Counted from the stretch's first letter, positions 24,548-37,735 are shown. The stretch: DNA of 64,000 bases from Octopus vulgaris (GCA_951406725.2 OX597831.1:73470001-73534000), one strand, 5' to 3'. The notes: generated from the letters alone by a model not told the origin. Made by a program: numbers and translations.

Positions 24548-24715
24548 AACAGGCTTCTTTCAGTTTCTTTCAGTTTCTGTTTAGCAAATCCAGGCACAAG
24601 CTTTGGTAGGCCTGAAGCTATAGTAGAAGACACTTGCCCAAGGTACCATGCAGTGGGACTGAACCCAGACCCATGTAGTTGGAAAGAAGTTTCTTATCAC
24701 ACAGCCATACCTGTG
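24548..24715 (-). mobile_element. SINE family A, 5' half
   Basis: Reverse complement of head and core. Confidence 0.75.
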
Positions 24716-27000
24716 ACTATAGAATAACATCCAGAAATTCCAGGCCTGGCAGAGCTATCAAAGGGTCAAAGCAGATTCAAAACGAATCCTACAAACACGG
24801 AAATGCCATCAGCCAAAGTCATCAGAGATGTGCACAGACCAACAACACCATTCCTTGTGCTGTTGTCCAGTGGTCAAGCTTTGCTGACTTGCACAAGGTC
24901 GGGGTGAAAGAGGCAAGAATGACTCATATAAATAAGCCTCCTCTTACTATACACCTGTATACTAGGGACCACAGCTGTAAGAGGAGAATCTTGCCCCCGA
25001 GAGAATAGCCCTAAATCTAAAGAGTTCCTTGAATAGCCACCCAACCAGTGGAATTTCTCATTTCATATCATTTTCTATACATTGATTAACCATGCCTGTT
25101 TTTTGCCCCCCATAACCAATTCTATGACTGAAACAAGTAAAAGAGTAAAGGGTGCATGAAGGTATGTGTTGTTGTTGTTGTTAAGCAACAAGATGGGTAA
25201 GGGTGATTAGGTGATGGTCTAGGGCTTAGGGGTGGGAGACCCCAGACCTTGGGAAAAAAAAACTTTGGTATTCTTGTTGTAGTCGAGGGCTCTTCATTGA
25301 TGCCCGACACCGCTGGGAGGTGGCCCTCAAAGTTGCTGGAAATGGAGATCTCCAGATCCAAATTCTTGAATGGCTGAAGGTATGTGTGTGTGTGTGTGTT
25401 GCTACAAAAACACAAAGCAAAACCGATCCAGTCCACCGTGTAAAGTGGTTGGCATTTGGAAGGGCATCCAGCCGTAAAATCCATCCCAAACAGACAATGG
25501 AGCTTGGTTCAGTCTTCTGGTTTGCCGAGCTCCTTTCAAACCATCCAACCCATGCCAGCATGGAAAAACGAATGTTAATCGATGTCGATGAATACAGGTA
25601 TGAAATGGTTGGTTGCTAAAAAAGATGCAAAAACAAGGGGTGGGGGGCAGTGGGCGTGTGGATTTTTGAAGAAACTGTCCATGGAAGAATGGGGCAAAAT
25701 TTAAAAAAAAAAGAAAAGAAAAAATGGTGGTCACATGAGGTGTGGAGGGGGTGGGGGGGATAGGATGGTGTGGGTGAGGGGAGTTGGAGAGAAGAATGTA
25801 GTGCCGTGGGTGGCTTCTAATGGAGCTGAAATTTAATAGGAGACCAGTCATCCATCACAGAAACTTGTAACGATTCCTTGAAAACTTCCATTTCCGACAT
25901 GTCAACGTGGTTGGGAAGAGAGAGATTCCAAGATCTTTTGAGACAACAACAACAACAATTAACACTACCACCACCACCACCACTACTACAACCAATACTA
26001 TTATCTGTACTATTAATTATTATGACATGAGATATGACGGACAGAAAATGTGGTGAAGTCCCAGAAGGAACAATTATAGAGATAAAATGACAACACACAC
26101 ATGCATATACACTTAAACATGGCACTATAAATACCAACACGCACACACATACACATAGTTGAATTCTCCTCCCACCGCAGGATTCCTCCTCCTCCTCTTC
26201 CCTCACATTACCAATATTTCATTACACTTCATGGTAATTAACAATGGTGTTGATTTTAAATGGTATTGGGGGAGGTGGGTGGTGAGGGTATTGATGACTG
26301 GTTGTAATGTTGGTTTAGTTGGTGAAGGGGTTATCTAAGCCCCAGGTCAGCTGCGTTCAAGCAGCCCTGTAGTCAAAGGCATTCCAGCCATGGCCACATT
26401 GTTTAATTTCATACATATTTCAGACTACATTATGTAATGTGACCTTCCTTTTCTTTAAACAGTATAGTGTAATTCGAGAGGGATTTGGTTTCTATTTCTT
26501 GCAGGTTTGTTGATTTGAGGAAAAGTTGTGTTAGTTTTAGATCAAATATGATTCCGTAAACCCATAATCAAAAGCATTCCAACCACGACCATCCCGTCTT
26601 AAGGGACAGTTGTGTGATTAGCATGTTTGCTGTACAGCCATAATCCTACAACATTGGTACCTTGGGCAAGTTTCTTCTACCAGGGGATCTGCATCACTAT
26701 CACTACCTTCTCCATTGTCACCACCACCACCATCCTTTTTATATATGCTTTTCCTATGCGGCATGGGTTGGATGAGACTTACTGAGGCATGTCATGTCTT
26801 GGCTGTTAATGCTTTAAGACAAAAGACAGAAAATACCAAAGATGCAAAACGAAAGAGAGAAGACAAGTCACCATCAATGGAAGGAAAGAAATACACCCAA
26901 CATTCCCATGCTGAGAAATGGTAAAGGCACCGAATGCTTCAAGCCACTGTGGGTCTCCACAGCCCCCAACCCCATGTTAGAAGGAAGTGAAATAAAAGTA

Positions 27001-27180
27001 TTAGTTAGTTAGTTAATTTTTTGGCTCAAAAGCTAAAAGCAAGGCCATGTAGGGGGACATGGAGTTAAGTACAGGGTGGTGTTCATGTAAAGAGTTCAGG
27101 CCACTTGAGGTCAAGGGAGACTTTGAACAAAGCGGTCGTCGGCATCTTCACCATCTCGTCTGGCAGCTTGTTCCACGGGA
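27001..27180 (-). mobile_element. CR1-like LINE 3' end
   Basis: Minus strand encodes PWNKLPDEMVKMPTTALFKVSLDLKWPELFT* (the WNxLP..V.....FK..LD C-terminus of CR1 ORF2), then a short UTR and (TAAC)n tail. Confidence 0.75.
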
Positions 27181-27522
27181 GACAATTTCTTGGCTTGAGA
27201 AATCCCATGATGACGATAGTTTTAGGGTTAGATGCTTTTGCTGAGAAACCCAGCCTAAGCAGGGATTGGCCCAGTTCTCTGACTCACTGCCTTCTCTTGC
27301 ACCATCCAACCCATACCAGCATGGAAAAACAGACATTAGATGACGACAAAGTTTCCCCTAATCTTTTGTACAATGACCAGACATATTTCTGTGGCAGGGC
27401 TAAACACTGAATGTATAAACCCTAATCCTTCAGCATTCGGATTAAATCTCTATCAAATATAATCCTTATTTATCTACATTGTTTTCAATTAATCTTGCAT
27501 TACCTCTAAGCTTATACATGAA

Positions 27523-27840
27523 GGTGCGTGGCTTAGTGGTTAGGGCATTTGACTCACGATTGTAAGGTCGTGAGTTCAATTCCCGGCGATGCGTTGTGCC
27601 CTTGAGCAAGACACTTTATTTCACGTTGCTCCAGTCCACTCAGCTGGCAAAAATGAGTTGTACCTGTATTTCAAAGGGCCGGCCTTGTCACACTCTGTGT
27701 CACGCTGAATCTCCCTGAGAACTACATTAGGGGTACATGTGTCTGTGGAGTGCTCAGCCACTTGCACGTTAATTTCACAAGCAGGCTGTTCCGTTGATCG
27801 GATCAGCTGTGACCCTCGTCGTCGTAACCGACAGAGTGCT
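27523..27840 (+). mobile_element. SINE, third tRNA-headed group, near full length
   Basis: A box TGGCTTAGTGG, B box GAGTTCAATTCCC, core CCTTGAGCAAGACACTTTATTTCACGTTGCTCCAGTCCACTCAGCTG. Confidence 0.85.
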
Positions 27841-28299
27841 CCTAAACAGGATTCTCTAAGATACAAACTCTTGGTCAGTTTTAGTCCAGTTAGGTTGTAC
27901 AATTGACCCTTTAGCATTCAGGTTACTCCATCAAATGTAATATTTATTCACATAGCCTGGAAAATTCACTGAAACCATTTTCGCCATGGAAAAAATTGTC
28001 ATAAAATTTGTTTGGAATTTTCCTGTTTTAAATGACCTCATCACATTTTTTTAATGTTTGGCATTCAATTAAAGAGTTGCCTGTTTAATGCTTTTTATAA
28101 AACTTTTTAGCATTCTTTCTATTTTATTTTTAAAAAAATACCCATATAATACAATTTGTCATTTTCCATGCAGCAAAAATATTTACCGCAGAATTTCTTA
28201 TAACTGTTTTGAATTTATCCTGCAACATCTCAAGAGAAATAAACCAGAATCCGCAGCATCGGGAAGTCAACTTCTTAACCACCCCTCATCCACTCCATG

Positions 28300-28500
28300 T
28301 ATTTTGCTTTTACTGGAGTCAATCTTACATTGTGGCCATGCTGGGGCACTGAGCACTGCCTTGAATTTTTTTTAAGTTGAACAAATTGACCCTGGTACTT
28401 TTTAAGCCTGATACTTCTTCTATCGATTTCTTTTGCTAAACTGCTAAGTGACAGGGACATAAACCAACAAACACTGGTAGTCAAGCAGTGTTGGGACACA
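28300..28500 (-). mobile_element. SINE family A, 3' half
   Basis: Tail motifs in reverse complement. Confidence 0.7.
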
Positions 28501-28523
28501 CACTTGGCCAAGGAGTCACACTT

Positions 28524-28942
28524 ATTTCCTTATTGCCCACAAGGGGGCTAAACACAGAGGGGGGACAAAGAAGGACAGACAAACGGATTAAGTCGATTAT
28601 ATCGACCCCAGTGCATAACTGGTACTTATCTAATCGACCCTGAAAGGACGAAAGGCAAAGTCGACCTTGGCGGAATTTGAACTCAGAATGTAACGGCAGA
28701 TGAAATACCTATTTCTTAACTACGCACAAGGGGCTAAGCACAGAGAGGACAAACAAGGACAGACAAATGGATTAAGTCGATTATATCGCCCCCAGTGCGT
28801 AACTGGTACTTATCTAATCGACCCCGAAAGGACGAAAGGCAAAGTCGACCTCGGCGGAATTTGAACTCAGAATACAGTGGCAGATGAAATACCGCTAAGC
28901 ATTTCGCCCGGCATGCTAACGTTTCTGCCAGCTTGCTGCCTT
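28524..28942 (-). mobile_element. SINE family B dimer (truncated 28524-28710 plus full 28711-28942)
   Basis: Two head-to-tail copies, each ending in the hairpin plus A-rich tail (AATAAGGAAATA / AGTTAAGAAATA) on the minus strand. Confidence 0.88.
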
Positions 28943-29621
28943 CCCAAGGTGTCACACTGTGAGATTGAACCTTGAACCATGTGGTTATAAAGCAAATTTC
29001 TTACCACACAGCCACATGAATATTTATATATTTTGGCAAAGGATGTGAACAACAGTGAAAAGTGCTGTTTGGACAAAGTCCACCAAGAGGTACAAGTCTT
29101 CTCTTGTTACGGTTGCTGTCAAAAATACAGTGAACCAGTGATTGAACTGTTTAGAAATCTGCAATCAATAAGGTTATTGTTGTTGTTGTTGTTGTGATGA
29201 TGGTGGCAGTGGTGTGTATTGGCAATGCAGTTGCTGTTGGTGGTGGTGGTGGTACAAGTGTCAGTATTGTGTTGGTTGTAGTATTAATATTGGTGTGTGT
29301 GTGTGTGTGGTGAAATTGATGTTGGCAGTGGGAGGAAAGAGAGAGGGCGGTGGGAGGGAGGGAGAGAGAGAGAGACTGAGGGGTGGTAAATAGAGGAAGT
29401 GACATGGAGGGGGGAAGTGAGAGAAGAGGGAGAATGAAGGGGAGGAAAGAAATGGAGAAGGGAACGGGGGGTGGGTGGGAAGACATACCAAATACAACAT
29501 AGAAAAGACACACACACACACACACACACTATGGAATGGAGAGGAAGTACAGGTTGATGATATTCAAACGCTGATAGCAATATTATTATTTTGGCAATAG
29601 CAATCACTGACACCATATATA

Positions 29622-29657
<36 letters not shown>

Positions 29658-29799
29658 CATACACACACACACATACGTGTGTGTGTGTATAGAAAGGGAG
29701 AGAAAGGATGAGGAGTATGCGGTGTGTCAGACAAATCATGTCTTCTGCATGGCAATGAGGTAATTATTATGTATTTATTCATATGTCTTGAACTCTGCA

Positions 29800-29830
<31 letters not shown>

Positions 29831-30282
29831 AAGAGGAAGAGAGAGAGAGGAGGAGAGAGACAGGGAGTGAAAAGGTGTCAAGAAGAGAGAGAGAGAGAGA
29901 GAGTAGAGGTTTCTTGTAGTTGTTATTCACAGACAAGAGACATGGTTGGTTCGAGATAGTGCATGCGTGTGTGTGTGTGTGTGTGTGTGTGTGCATACAA
30001 ACACACACTATCACTCTCTCTCTCTCACACCTACCTAATACATAGTTGTAAGCAGCCTACCCCCCCCACACACACACAAGTACCTGGTAATGGCTATGGC
30101 CCAAACCACAAGGTGGATTGAGACACATGTTGCTATGATTTGCTGTAAGAGCAGCAGCCAAAGTAGAGAGAGAGAGAGAGTAAGGAGAGGAAGGGGAGGA
30201 AAGAGCCAGCTTCTTCCTCTGCCCCTCCCTTTTCTATTATAATACATAGAGAGAAGACAGGCCACAGAAGGAGCCCCCTACA

Positions 30283-30440
30283 TGGTCACTCAACTTGCTA
30301 GAAGGAGCAGCTAAATTTTATTCAAATCACACACCATACACCATCTTAAAAAAAACAACAAAGATATCTAGGACTGTTGGATAATGTTGTCATAGATACC
30401 TCTAAAATCAGATGGGATGGTCATGGATGCAAGACATCTG
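30283..30440 (+). repeat. unclassified dispersed repeat family E
   Basis: GGTCACTCAACTTGCTAGAA..GCAGC.AAAT...TCAAATCACA...GGATAATG...GGATGGTCATGG recurs at ~2725-2870, 26340-26510, 46810-46900, 54045-54130, 54630-54740 and 59965-60140. Confidence 0.6.
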
Positions 30441-30974
30441 GAGAAGTAAACATCATCAATAACAACAGCATGGTTGAATGGTTAAAACCAACAGAGCCAT
30501 TATATTACACAACCATTCACATACCATCGTGCGAGAGAGAGAGAGAGAGAAGGGGGGTGGTGTAATACTCATCATCGTCATCATTGTTTAACGTCTGCTT
30601 TCCATGGGTTGGACGATTTTGACTGAGGACTGGCGAACCAGATGGCTGCACCAGGCTCCAATCTTGATCTGGCAGAGTTTCTACAGCTGGATGCCCTTTC
30701 TGTAAACCACATTGTTAGGGGTGCAAATCATCTTAAAGTCAATAACAAGAATGTTTCTCTAAGGGTGAGGGAGATGGGGCAGTGCTTGTTTCAGCTACAT
30801 TATTGCTGTCAAATCAGGGATGTTTAATCTGGTCAGGACTAGTCTAGTGAGACCCTTGTGAGATCTGGTTCTGTGTTGAAATTCTACCGCAACCAACTCT
30901 ATTTTACATTCCATTATTGTTCAGAGAATAACTAACAACCGGTTAAGACTTGTCTTCAAGAAAATTGGTACTCT

Positions 30975-31343
30975 ATTCTTTTATGAGTTTCAGTCATTTG
31001 ATAGCAGCCCTGCTGGAGCACCGCTTTTGTCGAACAAATCAACCCCAGGACTTATTCTTTGTAAGCCTAGTACTTATCCTATCAGTTCTTTTGCTGAACT
31101 GCTAAGTTATGGAGACAACATCAGTTGTCAAGCGATGGTTGGGGGACAAACACAGACAGAAATACACACACACACACACACACATATATACGATGGGCTT
31201 CTTTCAGTTACCGTCTACCAAATCCACTCACAAGGCTTTGGTTGATCTGAAGCTACAGTAGAAGACACTTGCTCAAGGTGCCATGCAGTGGGACTGAACC
31301 CAGAACCATGTAGTTGGGAAGCAAGCTTCTTACCACACAGCCA
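30975..31343 (-). mobile_element. SINE family A
   Basis: Reverse-complement copy. Confidence 0.85.
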
Positions 31344-31801
31344 CATATTTTGGTTTCAAGATACACAACATAATTATCATCATCATCATTTATTGCCTGT
31401 TTTCCATGCTGGCATGGTTGGACAGTTTGGCAGAAGTTGGTAAGGCTGGGAACTGCACCGGGTTCCAATTGTCTTCTTTAGCATGGTTTCTATGGCTGGA
31501 TGCCCTTCCCAATGCCAACCACTTTCACAGAGTGCACTGGAGCTTTGTAAGTGGCACCAGCACCAGAAGGATCACCAAGTACCTTGCAAGACAAAAACCC
31601 TCTCAGCTGGGAAGAGGGAGCAGTGGTGAGTGGGGTGGTGGTGGCTTGTGACCATTGATGAGAAATTGGAGGTAGAGAGAGACAGGGGTAGGTGTCCTGC
31701 AGCAGAGTAGATACATGGATACTCCAGTTGAAAAAGAAAAGGGGTTGAGTTAGAGAGTAAGATAAAGAGAGCATGTATGTTTTGCAATACATCGACATTA
31801 A

Positions 31802-32072
31802 TAAAGAGTGTTTGCCAACATAGCATGGCAGTCCTGGTTTAGGACGAATGTTGCTGTAATTTAGTCCCAGGAATGGGGGGTGCTAGACTCCCTTGTTCGA
31901 AAGTATAAGGATATAGATCGTGTTGTATAGCCAGCTGGAGACGATGTCTCCTGCGGCTAAATTACAGCAACATTCGTCCTAAACCAGGACTGCCATGTTA
32001 TGTTGGCAAGTAATCTTTACTCCAAAGGACTGTTGCTGAATATCTCTGATTGTGAGATTTAAAAATAGTAAT
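31802..32072 (+). mobile_element. structured element related to the hammerhead element, with a 5' inverted duplication
   Basis: 31875-32072 matches 56703-56888 closely; 31802-31872 is the reverse complement of 31949-32019. Confidence 0.7.
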
Positions 32073-32074
32073 TA

Positions 32075-32495
32075 CTCTTTACTCTCTTTTTACTCTTTTA
32101 CCTGTTTCAGTTATTTGACTGCAGCCATGCTGGAGCACCGCCTTTAATCGAGCAACTCGACCCCGGGACTTATTCTTTTGTAAGCCCAGTATTTATTCTA
32201 TCGGTCTCTTTTGCCGAACCGCTAAGTGACGGGGACAAACACACCAGCATCGGTTGTCAAGCAATGCTAGGGGGACAAACACAGACACACAAACACACAC
32301 ACGCATATATATATATATATATACATATATACGACGGGTTTCTTTCAGTTTCCGTCTACCAAATCCACTCACAAGGCTTTGGTCGGCCCGAGGCTATAGT
32401 AGAAGACACTTGCTCAAGGTGCCACACAGTGGGACTGAACCCGGAACCATGTGGTTGGTAAGCAAGCTACTTACCACACAGCGACTCCTGCGCCT
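32075..32495 (-). mobile_element. SINE family A, full length
   Basis: Reverse-complement copy; a further diverged copy lies at ~32660-33018. Confidence 0.9.
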
Positions 32496-33640
32496 AATTA
32501 TGTATATTAATATTCTAAATATATTTCTGAAACGTTTATTACAACTGGTACAGCTGCATCGTTAATTAAAAGCATCCCATCAGCCAATCATTATTTCACT
32601 GCAATTCCAAAGGGGGGGGGGGGGAGAAAAGACGGTGTCAGTCAGGATTTTGTTAGTTTTTTTTTATCTTTCACTTGTTTCAGTCATTAGGCTGAGGTCA
32701 TGCTGGAGCACTGCCTTGAAGAATTTTAGTCAAACAAATCGAAACCAAGACTTATTTTTTTTAAATACCAGTTACTTATTCTATCGGTTTCTTTTGCTGA
32801 AGCACCAAGTCACAGAAACATAAACACACATACAAAAACACTCACACATGCAGATATATACGCATGACAGGCTTCTTTTAGTTTCCATCTACCAAATCCA
32901 TTCATCAGACTTTGGTTGACCCAAGACTATAGTAGAATGCCCAAAGTGGCACACAGTGGGGACCGAACTCGGAACCGTGTGGTTGGGAAGCAAACTTCTT
33001 ACCATACAGCCATGTCTGTTTAAATATAATGTTTGGACCCCTGCCTCACTCCTCCTACCTAAACAACCCAAGCAGTCTGGGGTTACGATTGTGTATTTAT
33101 AAGTAAACATATCGTCCTAAATTCAAATTTTGCTATAACCATTCTTCAGTGATCCCTAGTAAGCCCCGCCCTCCCTCCACTCGCTACTACAGGAGGCAAG
33201 ACAAAGCGGTACCTTCGGCTGCCTTGGTCCATTACTCTTGGAGGCAGGAAGGGCAGACAGGAGGGGCAGCTGTAAAAACAGTTTCTTAATAGCTTAGATG
33301 GAAGTGTTAACCCCTTCCCATCATGCACTCTGATATAGAAAAACAAAAAAGGATCTAAAACAAACAAAACAAAACAGTGTTTATTTTAGTTTATGCACTT
33401 CAAAAGGCAGCAGACAGGGTGTAGGAGGGGGTAGTAGGAGTTACAGCATTAGTAGAATTGGTTGTGATAGTAATACTAGTGGTTGTGGTGGTAGTATCTG
33501 ATCTCATTAAACAAGACTTGGAATTTGATGGTTTCTGGGATTTGATGCCATGATTGACTTTGTTCCAGAATTCCAACTGTGACTAAGATCTGAAGGCCAG
33601 TTGGGCCAAAACGTCCCAATTCTTTGGACAGAAATAAATA

Positions 33641-33873
33641 TATTTCTTTACTACCCACAAGGGGCTAAACACAGAGGAGACAAACAAGGACAGACAAACG
33701 GATTAAGTCGATTACATCGACCCCAGTGCGTAACTGATACTTAATTTATCGACCCCGGAAGGATAAAAGGCAAAGTCGACCTCGGCAGAATTTGAACTCG
33801 GAATGTAACGGCAGACGAAATACGGCAACGCATTTCGCCTGGCGTGCTAACGTTTCTGCCAGCTTGCTGCCTA
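33641..33873 (-). mobile_element. SINE family B, full length, with TSD
   Basis: 16-bp TSD TGGACAGAAATAAATA at 33625-33640 and 33874-33889; central GCCTTTTATCCTTCCGGGGTCGATAAATTAAG domain on the minus strand. Confidence 0.92.
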
Positions 33874-33929
33874 TGGACAGAAATAAATAGTTTGATTAAA
33901 TGTGTTGATTAAATGGGATGAATCCATTT

Positions 33930-34500
33930 GAGAGGCAAATCCAATGGCCTTGTGTTGGTCCCCTCACTGGGCCATGGTTCCGATGATGCTGTGATACACA
34001 GAAACAGGGGTTTGCACCAACCCCCACCACTACCACCCCTTACTTCCTTTCATGGTAATCTGAAGACAATTGAGATCCAGTTCCTTCCCAAGACAATGTC
34101 TCAGATAAACAATGCCATGAGATCCAAATCAGCTACTTTTGGACTTGTACAAGACCACCACTGAGGAATTTGAGGCACATTTTTAAGTTCTTCACAAAAT
34201 GTTCTTTTATTTTTATTTCTAACCGTTTTGTTGGAACCAAATGATGTTGGTAAACAGTTGTTACTGACCATCTGAAATTGTGCCTGTCCAGATTTTGATA
34301 TCAACTTTGGTCATTTGACAGTCAGTCTATGACACTTATGTCAATATCTCTTCTCTTGGAGACATTTTGTATTGGTCTGCCATTCCTAGGAGATGGCAAT
34401 CACCACAGATGCCAGAGTATTATGAAACAAATGTTTATCACCCATTTTTGATGATCACCGATGTCTTTATATTGACATATTATTGATTATATTTGGAAGT
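33930..34500 (-). pseudogene. possible highly decayed LINE APE-endonuclease fragment
   Basis: Weak resemblance only (VVIAIS..W; NNCLPTS...RTFCEEL, similar to xxYAPT...FYEEL); many stops. Confidence 0.2.
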
Positions 34501-34701
34501 AGCCAGTGTGTGTGCATGTTTTTTTTGGTGGGTGGGGGATCGGCCCTTAACTCCTGGTGGTGTGTTGCAAGGGTGTTTTGTGACATACCAGGTGTCTTGG
34601 GCATTTTATACTTGGCAGATTCTATCCCTCTCCAAGACTTAATGTAGCCAATTTTTTCTTCTAGAAGAATCAACTCCAGTACACACAAACACACGTATGT
34701 A

Positions 34702-35097
34702 TACTCTTTTACTTGTTTCAGTCATTTGACTGCGGCCATGCTGGAGCACCGTCTTTAATCGAGCAACTCGACCCCGGGACTTATTCTTTTGTAAGCCCAG
34801 TACTTATTCTATCGGTCTCTTTTGCCGAACCGCTAAGTAATGGGGACGTAAACACACCAGCATCGGTTGTCAAGCAATGCTAGGGGGACAAACACAGACA
34901 CACAAACACACACACACATATATATACATATATACGACGGGCTTCTTTCAGTTTCTGTCTACCAAATCCACTCACAAGGCTTTGGTCGGCCTGAGGCTAT
35001 AGTAGAAGACACTTGCCCAAGGTGCCACGCAGTGGGACTGAACCCGGAACCATGTGGTTGGTAAACAAGCTACTTACCACACAGCCACTCCTGCGCC
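34702..35097 (-). mobile_element. SINE family A, full length
   Basis: Reverse-complement copy. Confidence 0.92.
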
Positions 35098-36124
35098 TAT
35101 ATGTATGTATATATTTTATTGCATTCTGGAAAATGGCTGATGTTAGGAAGAGCATCCATTTCATTTATACATTCTTTTGTCAGAAGAGTTTATGACTATA
35201 GTCCTTCAGTCTGTCCAAGGGGTCAGTAAGTCTGAAAGGACCCAGACAACCAGTCCAACCCATAGTAGCATGGAAAGTGAAGTAAAAATTAACCCCCTTT
35301 AACACCAAACATAAAGCCACCCATGACCTCTTCTTAAATACTCCCCATCCACTTAGACAAAGGGAATTTTTCCTTTTCCTGTCTTGCGAAATGCTTGGAG
35401 GCAACCCCACTAGGGCTGATTGTGACATGAAAGAACCACCCAGTCCACACTGTGAGGGGACTTGCAACAAGAAGGGCATACCAAAGCAGACACCGGGGCT
35501 CACCAGATCCTGTCAAAGCTTTTAATCCATGCCAGCATGGAAAAGGGGTGTTGATTGATGATCACACACAGAGGAGAGAGAAGATGAGAAACAAAGAGAG
35601 AAAATATCTGCCTTGGTTTTGTCAGATATGTCTACCTGTCCATCAATCTGACCGTATAGTTAAAAGGAAGTTAACACAATATGATGAGCATCCATCAAAA
35701 ATATTTAATTAATTAAAATAATAGTTGCAATGATGAAGAAAGTCATTAACTTCCAATGATTGATTCTTGTCAACAAATCCAAAATAATTAAAAACTGAAT
35801 ATGGCCATGCAGCCAGTGTAAGAGTGTGTCTGTTTTTTTGGTAAGTATGGTGGACAACTGTAAGCATGTTTCTGCCTTATTAAATCCTCCTCAGTGAAGT
35901 ACATACAGCCTTACCAGTATCCACCTGATCCTATTTGTATGTCTTATCTATCTGACAGTCACTTTAGCTGACTAGATGCCTACTTATCTACCTCTCTATC
36001 CAGTTACCTCCGTATCTATCTACCCATCTACCCTACACCTTTATCTCTCCCCCCACACACAATCTGCCTCTCACTCTACATTTCTATGTAGCTATCTACC
36101 TCTCTATCCATCTATGTATGTACA

Positions 36125-36355
36125 TACTTATCTATCTATCTATCTATCAACCTATCTATCTATCTATCTATCTATCTGTCTATCTATCTTTCAACCTATC
36201 TATCTATCTATCTATCTATCTTTCAATCTATCTATCTGTCTATCTATCTTTCAACCTATCTATCTATCCTTCAATCTATCTATCTATCTTTCAATCTGTC
36301 TATCTTTCAACCTATCTATCTACCTATCTACCTATCTTTCAACCTATCTACCTAC

Positions 36356-36416
<61 letters not shown>

Positions 36417-36898
36417 CTTCAATCTATCTATCTCCAGAAATCGAAAACAGAGAGTTGCTTATTTGCAAAAAAAAAAAAAAAAAGAAATATAAAATGTGAC
36501 ATCATTGACCGAGGTTACCGTGGTCTTTTCCGTAGGCTTTTCTTTGCACGGGTAAACCTCACCTGTCCTCCCCTTTACACTTCATATTGACATTTCTGTG
36601 ATAACGATCCCTATTGATCAATTTTTTTCCTCCCCCCTTTTTTTTTAAACCCCCTTTTTTTTGTCCTCTTTCTCTCCCTTTACGATCCCTTTTGATCGAA
36701 ACTCCCCCTTCCTTTTTTTTTTTTTTTTTTTTCTTTCTTAAACCTCCAAAAGAAAAGCTCTACCTTGTAATTTGTTCTATCTGTGTGCAGCCCTGTGTGG
36801 CTAATAAAGAAACATATCTATCCATCCTTCAATCTATCTATCTATCTTTCAACCTATCTATCTGTATATCTATCCATATATCTATCTATCTATCCATA

Positions 36899-36938
<40 letters not shown>

Positions 36939-36940
36939 AG
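36125..36940. repeat. (TCTA)n microsatellite interrupted by an insertion
   Basis: TCTA array with recurring TTTCAA variants on both sides of 36434-36812. Confidence 0.9.
36434..36812 (+). mobile_element. retroelement 3' end (probable LINE 3' UTR) inserted in (TCTA)n
   Basis: Pyrimidine-rich UTR-like sequence ending CAGCCCTGTGTGGCTAATAAAGAAAC; flanks both contain ATCCTTCAATCTATCTATCT; tail resembles the SINE B tail. Confidence 0.6.
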
Positions 36941-37384
36941 TATACCTATCCATCCATCCATACATCCACCCACCCAACTATCAAAGTGTGTGTGTGTGTG
37001 TGTGTGAATGTAAACAGTTCCTCTTCTTGCTTTACCGTTTTCTCCTGTAGAATCCATTCTGTCAGCAATGCTATGTCTATAAAAAGGCCCTGGAACCACA
37101 CCTACTGAGCAGCAAGCTATCTGTGGAGCCACCCGACCAACCACCCGAGACACACTGGTCCGTGCAACCCCTGCACCAACCCCTTCATCTGTGGAGGAAG
37201 GGAGGGAGAGGTGTAAAAGAGAAGATAAGCAAAAGGAGAGGAAGGAGAGAGCAGAGAGAGAGCAGCCCCCTCCCACCCTTCGTCTTGCTGTGTGTGTGCG
37301 TGTGTGTGTGGAACGTCTTTGTAAATTGGTTGCTGTTTATCAGATCATGGAATACTGTAGGGGGGAGGATGAGGGTAGATAGGG

Positions 37385-37495
37385 TGTGTGTGTGTGTGAG
37401 TGAGAGAGGCAGAGAGAGAGAGAGAGAGAGAAAGAAAGATTGTGTGCGTGAGAGAATGTGTGTGTGTGTGTGTGTGTGGGAGAAAGAGTATGTGT

Positions 37496-37527
<32 letters not shown>

Positions 37528-37678
37528 AAGGGAAAGAAAGATTGTGTGCGTGAGAGAAAGAGTATGTGTGTGTGTGGGAGAAAGAGTATGTGTGTGTGTG
37601 AGAGAGGGAGAGAGAGAGAAAGGGAAAGAAAGATTGTGCGTGAGAGAATGTGTGTGTGTGTGTGTGGGAGAAAGAGTA

Positions 37679-37735
<57 letters not shown>

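Noticed and set aside
27523-27595. tRNA gene
   Set aside because: A and B boxes are present but continue into a SINE body with no convincing acceptor stem or terminator; the same applies to family A heads.
32254-32565. Recurrent peptides MSSNARGTNT.../MLGGQTQTH... resembling a gene family
   Set aside because: Antisense translations of SINE family A copies.
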